Source of the DNA: the human T2T-CHM13v2.0 reference genome, Homo sapiens
Direction: 5' to 3' (one strand)
Assembly: GCF_009914755.1 (NCBI RefSeq)
Contig: NC_060941.1
DNA length: 64,000 nt
Position numbers and translations under genes: made by a program. The stretch's first letter is position 1. Each line of letters begins with the position of its first letter. Below are positions 21,881 to 38,304 of this stretch, piece after piece. The notes under the pieces were generated by a model. That model ran no database searches. It worked only from the letters and a program-made list of their open reading frames with translations, and was not told the origin of the DNA.

Positions 21881-22316
<436 letters not shown>

Positions 22317-22557
22317 CTATGCGACATGTAGGGAATAAGAAGCCCCTTCAGATTTGACATTAAAGTAGCAAACACAGATATGAAATGCCAGGTATATATT
22401 TGCTTTTCAAGCTAGGTTTCATTTATGAGAGGCAAGGTAGCATGGAAGCAGGGCAGTCAAACAAGTCTGAGTTCAGATCTAGCCCCTGCAGCTTACTCTG
22501 TCCTGTGGCTTCTCAGGTTACTAAGTGTCTATGAAATGTATGTCAATACACTGTATG

Positions 22558-22782
22558 TGCACTCCAGCCAGGGCGACAGAATGAGACTCCATCTCAGGGA
22601 GAAAAAAAAAAAAGAAAAAGTCATCACAATAATTCACTGATGGACACTCAAGAACTGGTATTTCCCATGAATTTGTATGGTATAGTACAAGTAACAGGGA
22701 TAATAGCAGTTGGTTAAAAGAATTAACTGAGATGGATATAAATGTTGGTATATGAGCTACAAGACTGCATTAAAGTTTTTCT
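22558..22782 (+). repeat. ~225-bp dispersed duplicate of 23254-23477, flanked by 19-bp direct repeats
   Basis: Manual alignment shows about 9 substitutions; aatgtatgtcaatacactg at 22535-22553 and 22785-22803. Confidence 0.92.
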
Positions 22783-23004
22783 GTAATGTATGTCAATACA
22801 CTGCTCATATGTTGTGAGCATGAAATCGGTTAATCCACAGAAGCACTTATATGGCTCAGTGCTTAGAAGTATCTATTACTAATGAGTACACAAATCATAA
22901 AATTATTTTTCATTCCATTGTCATGCTTTGCCAGTTGAGAAAATGGCCAGGAAGTCTGTTGGCTTGCAGGAATAAACTAAAATAGAAATTAAACAATTGT
23001 ATTA

Positions 23005-23289
<285 letters not shown>

Positions 23290-23575
23290 TCAGGGAGAAA
23301 AAAAAAAAGAAAAAGTCATCACAATAATTCACTGTTGGACACTCAAAAACTGGTATTTCCCATGAATTTGTATGGTATAGTACAAGTAACAGGGATAATA
23401 GCAGTTGGTTAAAAGAATTAACTCAGACTGATATGAATGTTGGTACATGAGCTACAAGACTGCATTAAAGTTTTTCTTTTGTTCTACTCTAAAAATTCAG
23501 CAACTAGGCCCAGTGCCTGATACAGAGTGAGTCCTCAAGATATCGTTGACTGAAGCTAACAAAGTGATTTATTGA

Positions 23576-23744
<169 letters not shown>

Positions 23745-23952
23745 TAGTAGAGATGGGGGTTTCACCATGTTGGCCAGGCTGGTCTCGAACTCCTGACACC
23801 CGCCTCAGCCTCCCAAAGCGCTGAGATTACAGGCGTGAGCCACCGCCCCCAGCCTAACAAAGTGATTTTTTTTTAAAGACGAGGGGCAGGCAGGGCGCAG
23901 TAGCTTAACGCCTCTAATCCTAGCACTTTGAGAGGCCGAGGTGGGCAGATCA

Positions 23953-24291
<339 letters not shown>

Positions 24292-24418
24292 CTACAGTGT
24301 TATCATTTGAGATCTCTTAAAAGCGGCTATGCAGCCGGGCGTGGTGGCTCACGTTGTAATCCCAGCACTTTGGGAGGCTGAGGCGGGCGGATCACTCGAG
24401 GCCAGGAGTTCGAGACTA

Positions 24419-24768
<350 letters not shown>

Positions 24769-24897
24769 TCATCTGTGACCGGGAACCAAGCTGGCATCTA
24801 GCAGATACTGACACATTTATCAGTCTGATGTGTGGACAACTAGGTGCCTCCCAGAGGCCTTCAGGTAAGGTGGAGGAAGGGCCAATTCTGAGCTGAC

Positions 24898-24948
24898 ACA
24901 GTGGGATCCATCTTGGCCAGGACAGTGGGATCCATCTTGGCCAGGACA
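24898..24948 (+). repeat. Perfect 24-bp tandem duplication (acagtgggatccatcttggccagg x2)
   Basis: Read directly from the sequence. Confidence 0.95.
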
Positions 24949-25315
24949 AAGGCAGTCCAGGGAGGCCCCGCGGCGCGGTGCGGCGCGATCACGCCCGAGT
25001 CTCCTTCTCGTTCCCCTCGGCCCTTCCTAAAACCTGCTGGCTCAGGTCTGAACAATCGCAGCTGGACAGGTGGTGCACAACGATGTTAATTTTCATCCTG
25101 TCTTTTTCATCAGTGCATCCTTCAGTTCCCTATTACTTGTGGGCTGGGGAGTTGGCCAAATTGAGTGAAAACCTGAAATGTCTTTTTGTTCTTTTGGTTC
25201 AGCCAGTTTAAGTTCCATGCAATCTTTAAGCTAGGAGGCTAATAATAATACAATTCTCTGCTTGCCCTTTTCAAAGCCACTTCAGCTTATAAACTCCATA
25301 TTAGACCATCCAGGC

Positions 25316-25402
25316 CCAGAAGACGCCACCGGCCTACAGGCAGAGTCAGCGGAACCAGCCTGGGCTGGATCTCCCCCTGCGAGGCCCCCAGGCAACGCCC
25401 GC
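25316..25402 (-). ncRNA. MIR4522: MIR4522 annotated hairpin, divergent to WSB1 (mature UGACUCUGCCUGUAGGCCGGU at 25328-25348)
   Basis: Reverse complement matches the recalled 87-nt precursor and mature sequence. Status as a genuine miRNA is uncertain. Confidence 0.75.
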
Positions 25403-25801
25403 GCCGGGCCGGGGAGATCACGTCCCGTGCGTCGGGAGGCGGGGGCCTCGGGCTGTGACGTCACGTGGCCGCGCCCCTGCCGCCCAGATATCTCCGGCGC
25501 CGCCCGCCATTTTGACTCCAGTGTCTCGTTTGCAGTCGGCGCTTTAGGGGAACTGTCTTCCTCCGCAGGCGCGAGGCTGGGTACAGGGTCTATTGTCTGT
25601 GGTTGACTCCGTACTTTGGTCTGAGGCCTTCGGGAGCTTTCCCGAGGCAGTTAGCAGAAGCCGCAGCGGCCGCCCCCGCCCGTCTCCTCTGTCCCTGGGC
25701 CCGGGAGGGACCAACTTGGCGTCACGCCCCTCAGCGGTCGCCACTCTCTTCTCTGTTGTTGGGTCCGCATCGTATTCCCGGAATCAGACGGTGCCCCATA
25801 G

Positions 25802-25841
25802 ATGGCCAGCTTTCCCCCGAGGGTCAACGAGAAAGAGATCG
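25802..25841 (+). CDS. WSB1: WSB1 coding exon 1 (MASFPPRVNEKEI)
   Basis: ATG at 25802 within the CpG island; translation matches the recalled WSB1 N-terminus; donor G|GTGAGG at 25842; 40 nt. Confidence 0.97.
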
Positions 25842-27150
25842 GTGAGGATTGGGACCGTGGGTGGGCGCATGAGGGCCGAGGAGAGGCAGGGACTCCCCGG
25901 AGGAGGTTTGGGAGGAAGCGACTCCAAGTCTGAGGGAAGAGCTCCAGTGCGCCAGGGCCAGCCCACTAGCGAGGAGGAGGAAGCCGCCTCGGTGGGAGTT
26001 GGCTGAGGGGTAAACGGCACCGACGTGGATGCAGCACCTACTGTGCTCCCTCGCGGTTGCTGTGTGGCTGGGGCGGGCAAGGACCCCGGTTTCTTCGTCG
26101 GAGGTCCGCGCAGGGCTCTTGTCCTGGGAGTTCTTGGCTCAGGGCATGACTGTCGAGTGGACAGGGAAGGGCCACTCAGGGACTTTAGGTTTACAATGGG
26201 GAAAAGTAAACTTGTGGGTTGTAAGCGGTAATGAAAGGAGGGGGTCCTCGTGTGTACCAACCACTCTTAGATAGAAATGAGATGGAAGAGGTCCCAACAG
26301 CCTGGCAAAAGCAATACAGTATTTTTAAAATGGTGTGGCCTTAAGAAACGCAGCGGTTCGGGGGAGGAGACTTTTAGAATTATCTTTCAAACACTTAAGG
26401 GAGGAGCTGGGTGGTTGGGTGGAGTGACAGAAGGAAAGCTTTTGTGCGGAAGAGGAAACTCTGGAAAAGGCTTTTCTGGCTTAGTGTCTATCCCTGGTCG
26501 GCTTAGTAAAGGGCAATTAGTGTTGAAGGTTGTGCGTCCACACCTACTTAGTGGCTCAGTGGAAAGCACGTCGCATTATTTAAATCCTCTTTTAAAGTAA
26601 AATAACTGGAACAACGTTTGACGGTGTTGGGGGGTGCTGTACATTGGCTGATAACACTTAGCAAACACTGATCTTACTGTGTGAAGTAATAATTAGCTGC
26701 GGCCGCTGAGCAGAGAGCATTTACATTTTCCTACTCTTGAAGTGAATGTGTGCCTTTACTAAGTACAAGGAGGAGTTATTTCTAGAGAAGGGAAGAGGCT
26801 GAAGTAGCCAAAACGCGCACTATTTTGTATGTGGGTGAATTTTTATATCTAGAAACAGCTGTTTTAGAATTCTGGACTTTTGTTGTCTTAGGGATGATTG
26901 ATTAGGAAGGGACTTTAACCCTGGTTTTAATAACCATTTTTAAAGATACAAACACAGAAAAAAAAGGGAAAAAATTGTAGCAGAGTTCACACAGAAAAAA
27001 GAAAAAAAAAGATGCAAAGAACACAAAATTTGTGTCCAGTTATTATTTTAACTGTATTTTAAGACTAGAAAGTATGTCGCGAAGTGGGACAAAGAACTCA
27101 AAAGTTCTTATCAGTCCAGTGGGTTTTTCTTTTACTTTAGTACACCATAA

Positions 27151-27520
<370 letters not shown>

Positions 27521-29120
27521 TGAGCCACCCCGCCCAGATTTCCGGTTTTGTTTTCTAAGAGATGGATAGAGATGGATAGCATACCTACATAAAGTAGAAC
27601 CATCCACTAAGTGTTCCCCCACTAGCCCCCTGATTTCTCTTTTCTTTTCTTTCTTTTTTTTTTTCATATTTAGGTCTCAGTGTTATTTCCTGGATACGTT
27701 ATAAAAACTTACTAGCTAAGTGCCAGATATCTAGAAGAACTTTTGCTTTTTCTGAGCTTTTTTTAACCCCAGTTTTTTTCTTTGTTTCTTTTTTTGAATT
27801 ATCATTTGGATACAAGGTTGAACATTTCTCTGCGTAGCTTTTTAAATCTATGAATAAGGATTTACTTTTTTTCTTTTCTTGGGTGTTAATTAAAAGCCAA
27901 GCCAAGTTTAGTTTCTCAAGGACATACGGAGAGTAGAGGCAAGATTTCCATGAATGATTAAATAATTCTGTGATACTACTGCCTTGAGCTACTGCCCTTT
28001 TTCACAAGGCACTGCCACAGATCATCCCTTTCTGGTTATGAAATTTTGGGGAGGAATGTAAAGAAGGAGCTAAATCTGGTTTGCTTGGTTCAGCAGTGAC
28101 TCAGATGGTATGTTACTGTTTTACAGATATTAATAATGTAGTGTTGTATCTTACGGCTGATTTCCCATGGCAGCCTTTCCCTTAATAAGGTCATTAAATC
28201 ATACATTTCTGTTGCTAACATTAAACAGTTACAGATAATGTAATAAAGGTTTAACTGAAAAATTTTTTTTCAAAGCACTTTATTACAAACTTTGTGCTAG
28301 GTTTATAAAATTGTACCAGTATTTAATCTGAGCACTTAAATCATTTTATTAAAGTGCCAAAGGCAATTTGATATACCTGTTATCCAGCAAAGAAACACAA
28401 GGCAATTATTAGTAAATTTTAACAGATTAATGCATTTATTTGGTAGGTTTTATAATGGCTCTATTTCTTGAGTTTGTATATATTTGAGAATTATGTTATA
28501 AATATGTTATTATTTCATTGTCTTTGCTATCTATTTGAACCAATTTTTTAGTAATTGTTACCGCTCTTTTACTTTTTTTTTTGTTCCTTTGAGACTGAGT
28601 CTCGCTCCGTCGTCCAGGCTGGAGTGCAGTAGCGCAGTCTCAGCTTACTGCAACCTCCACCTCTCGGGATCAAGCAATTCTCCTGCCTCACCCTCCCGAG
28701 TAGCTGGGATTACAGGTTCGTGCCACCACACCTGGCTGATTTTTTGTATTTTTAGTACAGATGGGGGGTTTCACCATGTTAGCCAAGCTGGTCTGGAACT
28801 CCTGACCTCAGGTGATTCACCCTCCTCGGCCTCCCAAAGTGCTGGGATTACAGGCGTGAGCCACTGCCCCCGGCCTACTCTTTTTTTTTTTTTTGACAGA
28901 GTCTTGCTCTATCACCCAAGCTGGAGTGCGGTTGTGAAATCTTGGCTTTCTGCAACCTCTGCCTCCTGGGCTCAAGCAATTCTCCCACCTCAGCCTGGTA
29001 CTACAGGTGCATGCCACCACACTCGCTAATTTTTTAAATTTTTTGTAGAGATGAGGTCCCCTATCTATCCCAGGCTGGTCTCAAACTCATGGGCTCAAGT
29101 GATCCATCCACCTTGGCCTA

Positions 29121-29366
<246 letters not shown>

Positions 29367-29995
29367 TTAGCTGGGCGTGGTGGTGGGCATCATGATGGTG
29401 CATACCTGTAATCTAAGCTACTCGGGAGGCTGAGGCAGGGAGAATTGCTTGAACCCGGGAGGCAGAGGTTGTAGTGAGCGGAGATCATGCCACTGCACTC
29501 CAGCCTGGGCAACAGAGCAAGCCTCCGTCTCAGAAAAAAAAAAAAAAAAAAAAAAGTCACGTATGAGAAATTTAAGTCTTGCTTATGCTTGCTAAGGGAG
29601 AGCTTAATTTTAGTCTCATTTACTAGATGTTCTTGAAATTGAATGCAAGGGCTGTTCCTCGTATACAAGTTACATAAATATTCTCCATAGAGACTTTTAA
29701 GTTGAATTTTAAAACTTGCTTCCCTTATTTGTGAACTTAGCATTTTTTTCCTCCTAAAAATGCTTGTAAAATGTTTTTAAAATGCTTTAAAAATGTTTTC
29801 AAAGATAGATGTGGTTAAACAGGAATCCAAGTTAAAAAAAAAGTGTGCCTGATGCAGTGGGTCATGCCTTAATCTCACCGCTTTGGGAAACCAAGGTGGG
29901 AGGATCGTTTGAGGCCAGGAGCTGGAGACCAGCCTGGGTAACATAGCAAGACCCTGTCTATAAAAAATTGTTTTTTTGCCGGGTGCGGTGGCTCA

Positions 29996-30265
<270 letters not shown>

Positions 30266-30753
30266 TTAAAAGGAAAAAAAAAAGTTTGTTTTTTGTTTTT
30301 GTTTTTTTCAGTTAGCCAAGTGTGGGGGCATGTGCCCGTAGTCCCTGCTACAGCTACTCAGGAGGTTGAGGCAGGAGGATCATTTAAGCCTACGAGTTTG
30401 CCTCTGCACTCCAGCCTTGGCAACAGAGCAAGACCCTGTCTAAAAAATTAAGCAGGCAGGGGTTGCAAATTCAGAGGCCAGGCATATAAAGAACCCTGGT
30501 AAAAGGAACAAATAAGGCTGTAGGTTTGGGAAAATTGTAAGGAAACCTGGAGCAGCATGCTCTTTCTGAAATCATTTGTATGTTAAAGGTATCTGCAGGC
30601 ATTTGAGGGTCACCAAGTTTGTGAATTTTGTATTAAGAAAGTTATGTGGCTCACATCTGTAATCCCAGTACTTTGGGAGGCTGAAGGTGGGAGGATCACT
30701 TGAGCCCAGGAGTTTGAGACCAGCCTGGGCAACAAAAGGAACACCTACCTTTA

Positions 30754-30939
<186 letters not shown>

Positions 30940-31320
30940 CTAGTAAAGTTAATGTCATCTTATGCTGTGCTAATATGGGGTGGGTGGGGGACTCTGCTGC
31001 TTTGATTAAACCACACCTGAAGTATTGTGGTTAGTTCTGGGTGCCACTTTTATGAGGGCCAGTACTAACTAGAATTTATCCAGAAAAGTATGATGAAGTT
31101 AGGATGGGAAATGGACTTGAAACCATGTGATCTAAGGTATGATTGAAAGGATAGAGATCTCTTAGCCTGGTAAAAAAGATTCATTGATGGCTATCTTCAA
31201 TATATAAATGCCATATGAGGATAGCAGCAGGCTTATTCTCTTAGGTCAGAATCAGTACTGAGTGGGTAGAGTGGTAGGAGGAAGATTTTGAGTCATTAAA
31301 AACGGTCTCAGTTGCACCAA
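30940..31320 (+). mobile_element. CR1/L3 LINE 3' fragment in WSB1 intron 1
   Basis: aaaccacacctgaagtattgtggttagttctgggtgccac resembles the CR1 RPHLEYCVQFW.P motif. Confidence 0.55.
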
Positions 31321-33214
31321 AATAGTGTAAGCCTTATTATGAATATCATAGAAAAGTAGGTCTCAGGCTTTTTTTTGCTTTCTAAACCACACCTATTTGT
31401 TAAGGTGTCAAGAATTGGGCAGATAACATATTTAAATCACTTTAGAATGGGAGCATAAATGTGTGCTTTCATATTCATTCCGTAAATATTTACTGAGCAC
31501 CTGTCATATGCCAGGTGCTATACTAGCTGTTGATGGAGCATACATTCAGGCTGAAGAAGTACATTTTGGGGGTGGGTGTGTGTGGGGGGTGGGGGTGGGT
31601 GTGTCCATGTCCAGGTTCTCTAGCTATATCAGTGTAAGGGGTTCTTATGTGAACAGCAATAACATAGAATATATTAAAGCTTAGGTGTTGGAAAGTTTAA
31701 ACCAGAAATACATAAAAATATATTATTATACAGTGTACAATTGACCAGACAACTGACCACAAAATAGGTAATAGGGAAAATTAAGACCAACCCAAAATAG
31801 GTGATACACTGATAAAGAGGCTCCTTTCCCCAAATTGAGGAAATTGTAGCTGAGTTTGCATGCATGCATTGCAGTATGAGCTTGTTGATCATGCTTTTTG
31901 TTAAATATGGAAGTAATATTCTCCATATACTCTGGTAATATGCCAATTTTTGTTAGGAATACAAAATTTGAGTAATCTGAATTTAAAATATATGACATTG
32001 TCCATTTTTTGTCCTTAAAAACCAAAATAATTCCATTTTTGAGTCAGTTTGAGGCCTATTAGGAAGACTCTTAAGGACCAGTATTTGAGAATCACAAATA
32101 TAATGCATTTTGGTTTTTTTTGTTTTTTTTTTTTTATGACAGTCTTGCTCTGTCACCCAGGCTGGAGTGCAGTGATGCAGTCTTGGCTCACTGCAGTCTC
32201 CACCTCCAAGATTCAAACAGTTCTTATGCTTCAGCCTTCCAAGAAGCTGGGATTACAGACACACTCCAGCATACCACCATGCCCGGCTATAATGCATTTT
32301 CTTTTATTTTAGCTTATTTTTTTTTTTGAGATGGAGTCTCACTCTGTCGCCCAGGCTGGGGTGCAGTGGCACTTTCTTGGCTTACTGCAACTTCCGCCTC
32401 CTGGGTTCAGGCAATTCTCCTGCTTCATCCTGGGATTACAGGCGCCCACCACCACGCCTAGCTAATTTTTGTATTTTTAGTAGAGACAGGGTTTCAAACC
32501 ATGTTGGCCAGGCTGGTCTCAAACTCCAGACCTCAAGTGATCCGCTTGTCTTGGCCTCCCAAAATGTTGGGATTACAGGTGTGAGCAACCACACGCGGCC
32601 TATAATGCCTTTTTAAAGCACTGGTTTGGAGGGTTGGACTAGACAACCTGTAAGTCTCTTCTAGTTCTGAGGGTTTTGTGATTTTTGTGACCTGGGCCTG
32701 AAAAGGGTAAAAATACTTGTTTGGATAGTGTATTTTGTAGTGCTTTCCTTTGAGTAATGGTGTAATATTGTATTTTATGGTGAGGTATGGTTTTTGAAAG
32801 CTAAGAAACTTAATTTGGAAGATACTTTTCCTGCCAACTAAGTTTAATTTCTTGCATTTTAAATGTTAATAATTTGATGAGAACGTAATACAATGCAAAA
32901 GTTAGGACTTTTGTAATTGTTAGGTCTAATTGGTCATTACATTATTATTGACCAGTTTTTTTTACGGAAACTTTCTTAAAAACTCTTGCATTGGGAAATT
33001 TTAGGGAAATCACTTTATCAAAACTTGGAGATAGTCATTATCGTTAAGGGGTCTTCATATACTGCATACCCCCCGTTAGAGGATGGAATGCAGAACTCAC
33101 TATACCCTGTCTGCATAGAAGAGGGAAGAAACTCAATCCCAAAGTAATATGGAAGCAGTCTCACATGTATTGTTGGTTATATATGATATCCAGTATTTTT
33201 ATTTTTCCTTTTAG

Positions 33215-33383
33215 TGAGATCACGTACTATAGGTGAACTTTTAGCTCCTGCAGCTCCTTTTGACAAGAAATGTGGTCGTGAAAATTGGACTGTTGCTTTT
33301 GCTCCAGATGGTTCATACTTTGCTTGGTCACAAGGACATCGCACAGTAAAGCTTGTTCCGTGGTCCCAGTGCCTTCAGAACTT
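33215..33383 (+). CDS. WSB1: WSB1 exon 2 (VRSRTIGELLAPAAPFDKKCGRENWTVAFAPDGSYFAWSQGHRTVKLVPWSQCLQN)
   Basis: Polypyrimidine tract plus TTAG acceptor; GTAAGA donor; 169 nt, in frame with exon 1. Confidence 0.97.
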
Positions 33384-33527
33384 GTAAGACTGTTACTTTT
33401 CTGTATTTTGTATCTGTTTGTGGAATTTACCATTTTCTCTCAGTGTAGGGTAATAAAAACATTTTGATATTTAAGTTTTACTTTATAGATGATGTCGTGA
33501 GTTTTAATCATGGGCTGAATATATTTA

Positions 33528-33873
<346 letters not shown>

Positions 33874-34791
33874 TTATACATTAAGTTTTTCTGTATGTTA
33901 AAAGTCAGATTGTGTCTAACAAGTGTATATATATATAGTGTTGTGCCAGAGTAGGTGACTTCTGTGATGTGAAGCTTTTTGGATTCACTTTGGATTTTAC
34001 ATTTTGTTGGATAACCCTGGTGCATAGTAGTAGAGACAGGGGTTTCACCGTGTTGGCCAGGCTGGTCTCGAACTCCTGACTTTAGGTGATCCACCCTCCT
34101 CAGCCTCCCTAAGTGCTGGGATTACAGGCGTGAGCCACCGAGCCTGGCCCTTTGTTGTTGTTGTTGTTGTTTTTGTTTTTAATGGACTTATAGTCCCTCT
34201 GTTTGGGGTAAATTGAGTTTGGATGTTTGTTGAAAGTTTTTCTAAAATGTATCATGTGCTATATTGGATCTTTCCCTGTTTTTTTTGTATCTAGCAGACC
34301 TTCATGGTTATAGTCACTAATGTTCTCATTACATATAACTTGAGGTCTGGAACCTATGGGAAACTGATCATTATGGTTTGAGGATTTTTTTCCCCCTTTA
34401 AGGCAATTTTCTGATATCAGCTTGACCATATCTTAAGTTACTGGGTTTTTTTGTTTGTTTGTTTGTTTTTTGCTTATTTATACTTGTGTTTTTAGGTTGA
34501 AGGAGCACCAGTTGATTCGGTGGTTTTGAGGAAAATTTGGGAGGCAAATAAGTTATAATATAAATTGCTTTATTGTTGAACTTACTACTCAGTCACTGAG
34601 AATTTCTATTAATGTCCTTCTCTCGTAGTTCAAATATCAACCTTTCCCTTCCTATCTATAGGATTCTATTGTTATTTGGTGTCATTATAATAATATTGAG
34701 GTTATTTTAACAAACACTTGTAATTATTCAATGTCCAGAGGAGTCCAGAGTGAATAATAATACAATTTCCATCTGACTTCCCCCACCCCAG

Positions 34792-35060
34792 TCTCTTGCA
34801 TGGCACCAAGAATGTTACCAATTCAAGCAGTTTAAGATTGCCAAGACAAAATAGTGATGGTGGTCAGAAAAATAAGCCTCGTGAACATATTATAGACTGT
34901 GGAGATATAGTCTGGAGTCTTGCTTTTGGGTCATCAGTTCCAGAAAAACAGAGTCGCTGTGTAAATATAGAATGGCATCGCTTCAGATTTGGACAAGATC
35001 AGCTACTTCTTGCTACAGGGTTGAACAATGGGCGTATCAAAATATGGGATGTATATACAG
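34792..35060 (+). CDS. WSB1: WSB1 exon 3 (FLLHGTKNV...GRIKIWDVYT)
   Basis: CCAG acceptor, CAG|GTATGG donor; 269 nt; WD repeat end IKIWD; overlaps ORF 34796..35074. Confidence 0.97.
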
Positions 35061-35846
35061 GTATGGATTCATAGTTTTTAAAGCAAATGTATTATTTTAT
35101 GATGCAGGGCACTGCTTATAGGCACTGGAATTGGGATTTGAGGATTTCAGCTTACTGAAAAGCAAGAATTGATGGCATAGGTGCGTCTTTATAATAGACC
35201 TGAATGTCACCTTCTTCAGCTCATGATTTTAATTTAGGAAAACTATGGAGTTCATATTGCTTCATCACTCTTTAGAGAGTATTACAGTAGGAAAGGGTTT
35301 TCCAGGGAATGTTTAGTTAGTTGTCCTTTATAAACTAGTTATTTAGTTAATGACTCACATGTCAAGGTGTTTTCTTTGTTTATGCTTTTTCAATGATTGA
35401 TAGCTTAGAGGTTTTCGAGGTAAATCAGATTTCAGTAATCATCTCACCTTGGAAAGGTTTAGTGAAAGTTTAGATAGATTGAGAAGTTAAATTCTTTGGG
35501 CAACTAGAAATAAATGTGTTGCTTATTGCCTAAAACACTTTCTGGCATATAATATGTACTCAAAAACATAAAGGATTTTTAAAGAAGCATTAAAAGAACA
35601 TGTACATTAGAACATAACAAGTGATACTAACATAGGTGATAATGAGTCAAAATTTGGGTTCTTGAAAAAAACAAGATGAACACATAGATTGTCTTAGAAA
35701 ACAAAGCTCTTACATTATTAGTTAAATACATTTTTTTTCACTGGGATCATGTTTGAAAACTAAAGTTGTGGGATAACTTGTATCTTTTGAGGAGCTTAAC
35801 ATTCCTAGGCCAGGGAAATAACAAGCAAAGAAATAATTTGATTTTA

Positions 35847-36332
<486 letters not shown>

Positions 36333-37611
36333 GTATGTCTTTTTTCCAAGCTATGAACTAGGATTTGTTTCTTGATACTACTATGGAGAGGTATTGGGAA
36401 CATGTGGGGCATTTGACTTTAAAAATGACATGTGATCAAAGTTCCTTTTCTCTGCCTTAACACTTAGGTTCCTTTCCTGAATAGATCAAAGAAAAACATA
36501 AATGTGACCCAGAATAGGAGCCAACAGTTATTCGAAGTAAATGATCTGATATTATTCAGAAACTAACCACATAAATCTGTATCAACTATCTGAGGACCAA
36601 ATATGGATCAGGTTTGGGATTTTACAGGAACCAGTCTGTGTTTATGTCCTCTTAGGGAGGGTTATTAACTTACTGTATTGGCTGAGTGAAAATTTAGGTA
36701 GGTCTTGAAGTAACTTAGTATCTAATAAAATTTAAATTGAAACATGACCTACATACCAGAACTTATAACATGTGAATATTAGTAAACGTTAAATTGGCTA
36801 GGTTAAGAAGTGCTTTTATAAAAAGTGAAAGATTTACTGTCCAATACAATAGAAAGATACGTTGGTGTCAAGTACTCACCTTTCTCTAAAGCCTTACAAA
36901 GTTTTGGAGATGCTACCTCATTTGAGATGAGCATCTCTTCCCTTTCTCAGTCCCTAATGAAAGAGTTTATATGTTTAACTAAAACCTTAAATGTAAGGTC
37001 TGTTGGTGCTCTAACAGCCTCAAGCTGGAGGTTAACAGGCTTGCCTAGGGGTAATAAAGCTTAAATTGAATTAGTAGGAAACAAAACCCTCAGATCTGGA
37101 GATGTTCCAGCTGATAGATAGTAACCATTCCTTAATAAAGTTCTATGCTAACATTAACAAATCATGAAGGACCTTCTCTGTGTTTTATCTGCTCAGCTGT
37201 TGAGGTGCAAAGGGATGCCAACAGTTGAAATATTTTAATAATTTTTTTATTTTGCATATCGAATGATGCTTGCTTATCTCAAACTAATTTCAGCAATGTA
37301 CATGTTTTAAGAACATAGTCTTAGTAAAATATAAGCTCCAAGATAGTGGGGTCCTTGCCTTATTTCCAGTTATATCCTCAGTGCCGGCATAGGGCCTGGC
37401 ATGCGTAGGCACTCAGTAAGTATTTGTAAAACTAAGAGTTCAGTATACTTAAGCATAGTTGTGTGCTGTGGGTATAATACACAAGGACTTTGGAGTGAGT
37501 TGTAGGTTCTCAAAAATGAAGAATGAAAAGGCATTTTGAAGATGGTCAAGTTTCTTAACCTTGCTGTTGTGTTCCAGTTGCTTAACTTTTAAAATAAGGG
37601 GATTGGACTAA

Positions 37612-37806
<195 letters not shown>

Positions 37807-38203
37807 TAATGTTTTTTAGTAGAGATGGGTTTCACCCTGTTGGCCAGGATTGTCTCAAATTCCTGGCCTCAAGCAGTCCACCTGCCTCAGCCTCTCAAAG
37901 TGCTGGAATTACAGACAAGAGCCACCGCGCCAGGCCCCAGACTTTTTCTTGAAGGGCTAGATGTTGAATATTTGAGGCTTGTGAACCATGCTGTCTGCTG
38001 TAGAGCACAACATAAACACATGGACAGGATTGTGTTCCAGTAAAATTTAAAACCTAAGCAGCTGGTGTATATCGGTAACCCTTGTTATAGATAAATTGCT
38101 TTCAGCTATAAATGTTTGTGATCCTTTGCTTTACTGCTGTTTTGAAATACTGCTCATTTGAAGTGGATTCTAGGGTTAATACAGATTATTTCTTTTTGTT
38201 CAG

Positions 38204-38304
38204 GAAACATGATGAAAGTATTGAGGGGGCATCAGAATTGGGTGTACAGCTGTGCATTCTCTCCTGACTCTTCTATGCTGTGTTCAGTCGGAGCCAGTAA
38301 AGCA
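38204..38304 (+). CDS. WSB1: WSB1 exon 5 (GNMMKVLRGHQNWVYSCAFSPDSSMLCSVGASKA)
   Basis: TTCAG acceptor, GCA|GTACGT donor; 101 nt; ends in phase 0. Confidence 0.96.

Larger units (their letters stand above)
25310..26120 (+). promoter_or_regulatory. WSB1: CpG-island promoter and first exon of WSB1
   Basis: GC- and CpG-rich; GC box ~25436-25445, CRE TGACGTCA 25456-25463 overlapping E-box CACGTG 25462-25467, YY1 CCGCCATTTTG 25504-25514, GAS TTCCCGGAA 25775-25783. Confidence 0.9.

Noticed and set aside
25262-26600. Overlapping ORFs on both strands in the CpG island
   Set aside because: Expected from stop-codon scarcity in GC-rich DNA; only 25802-25841 joins the spliced WSB1 frame.
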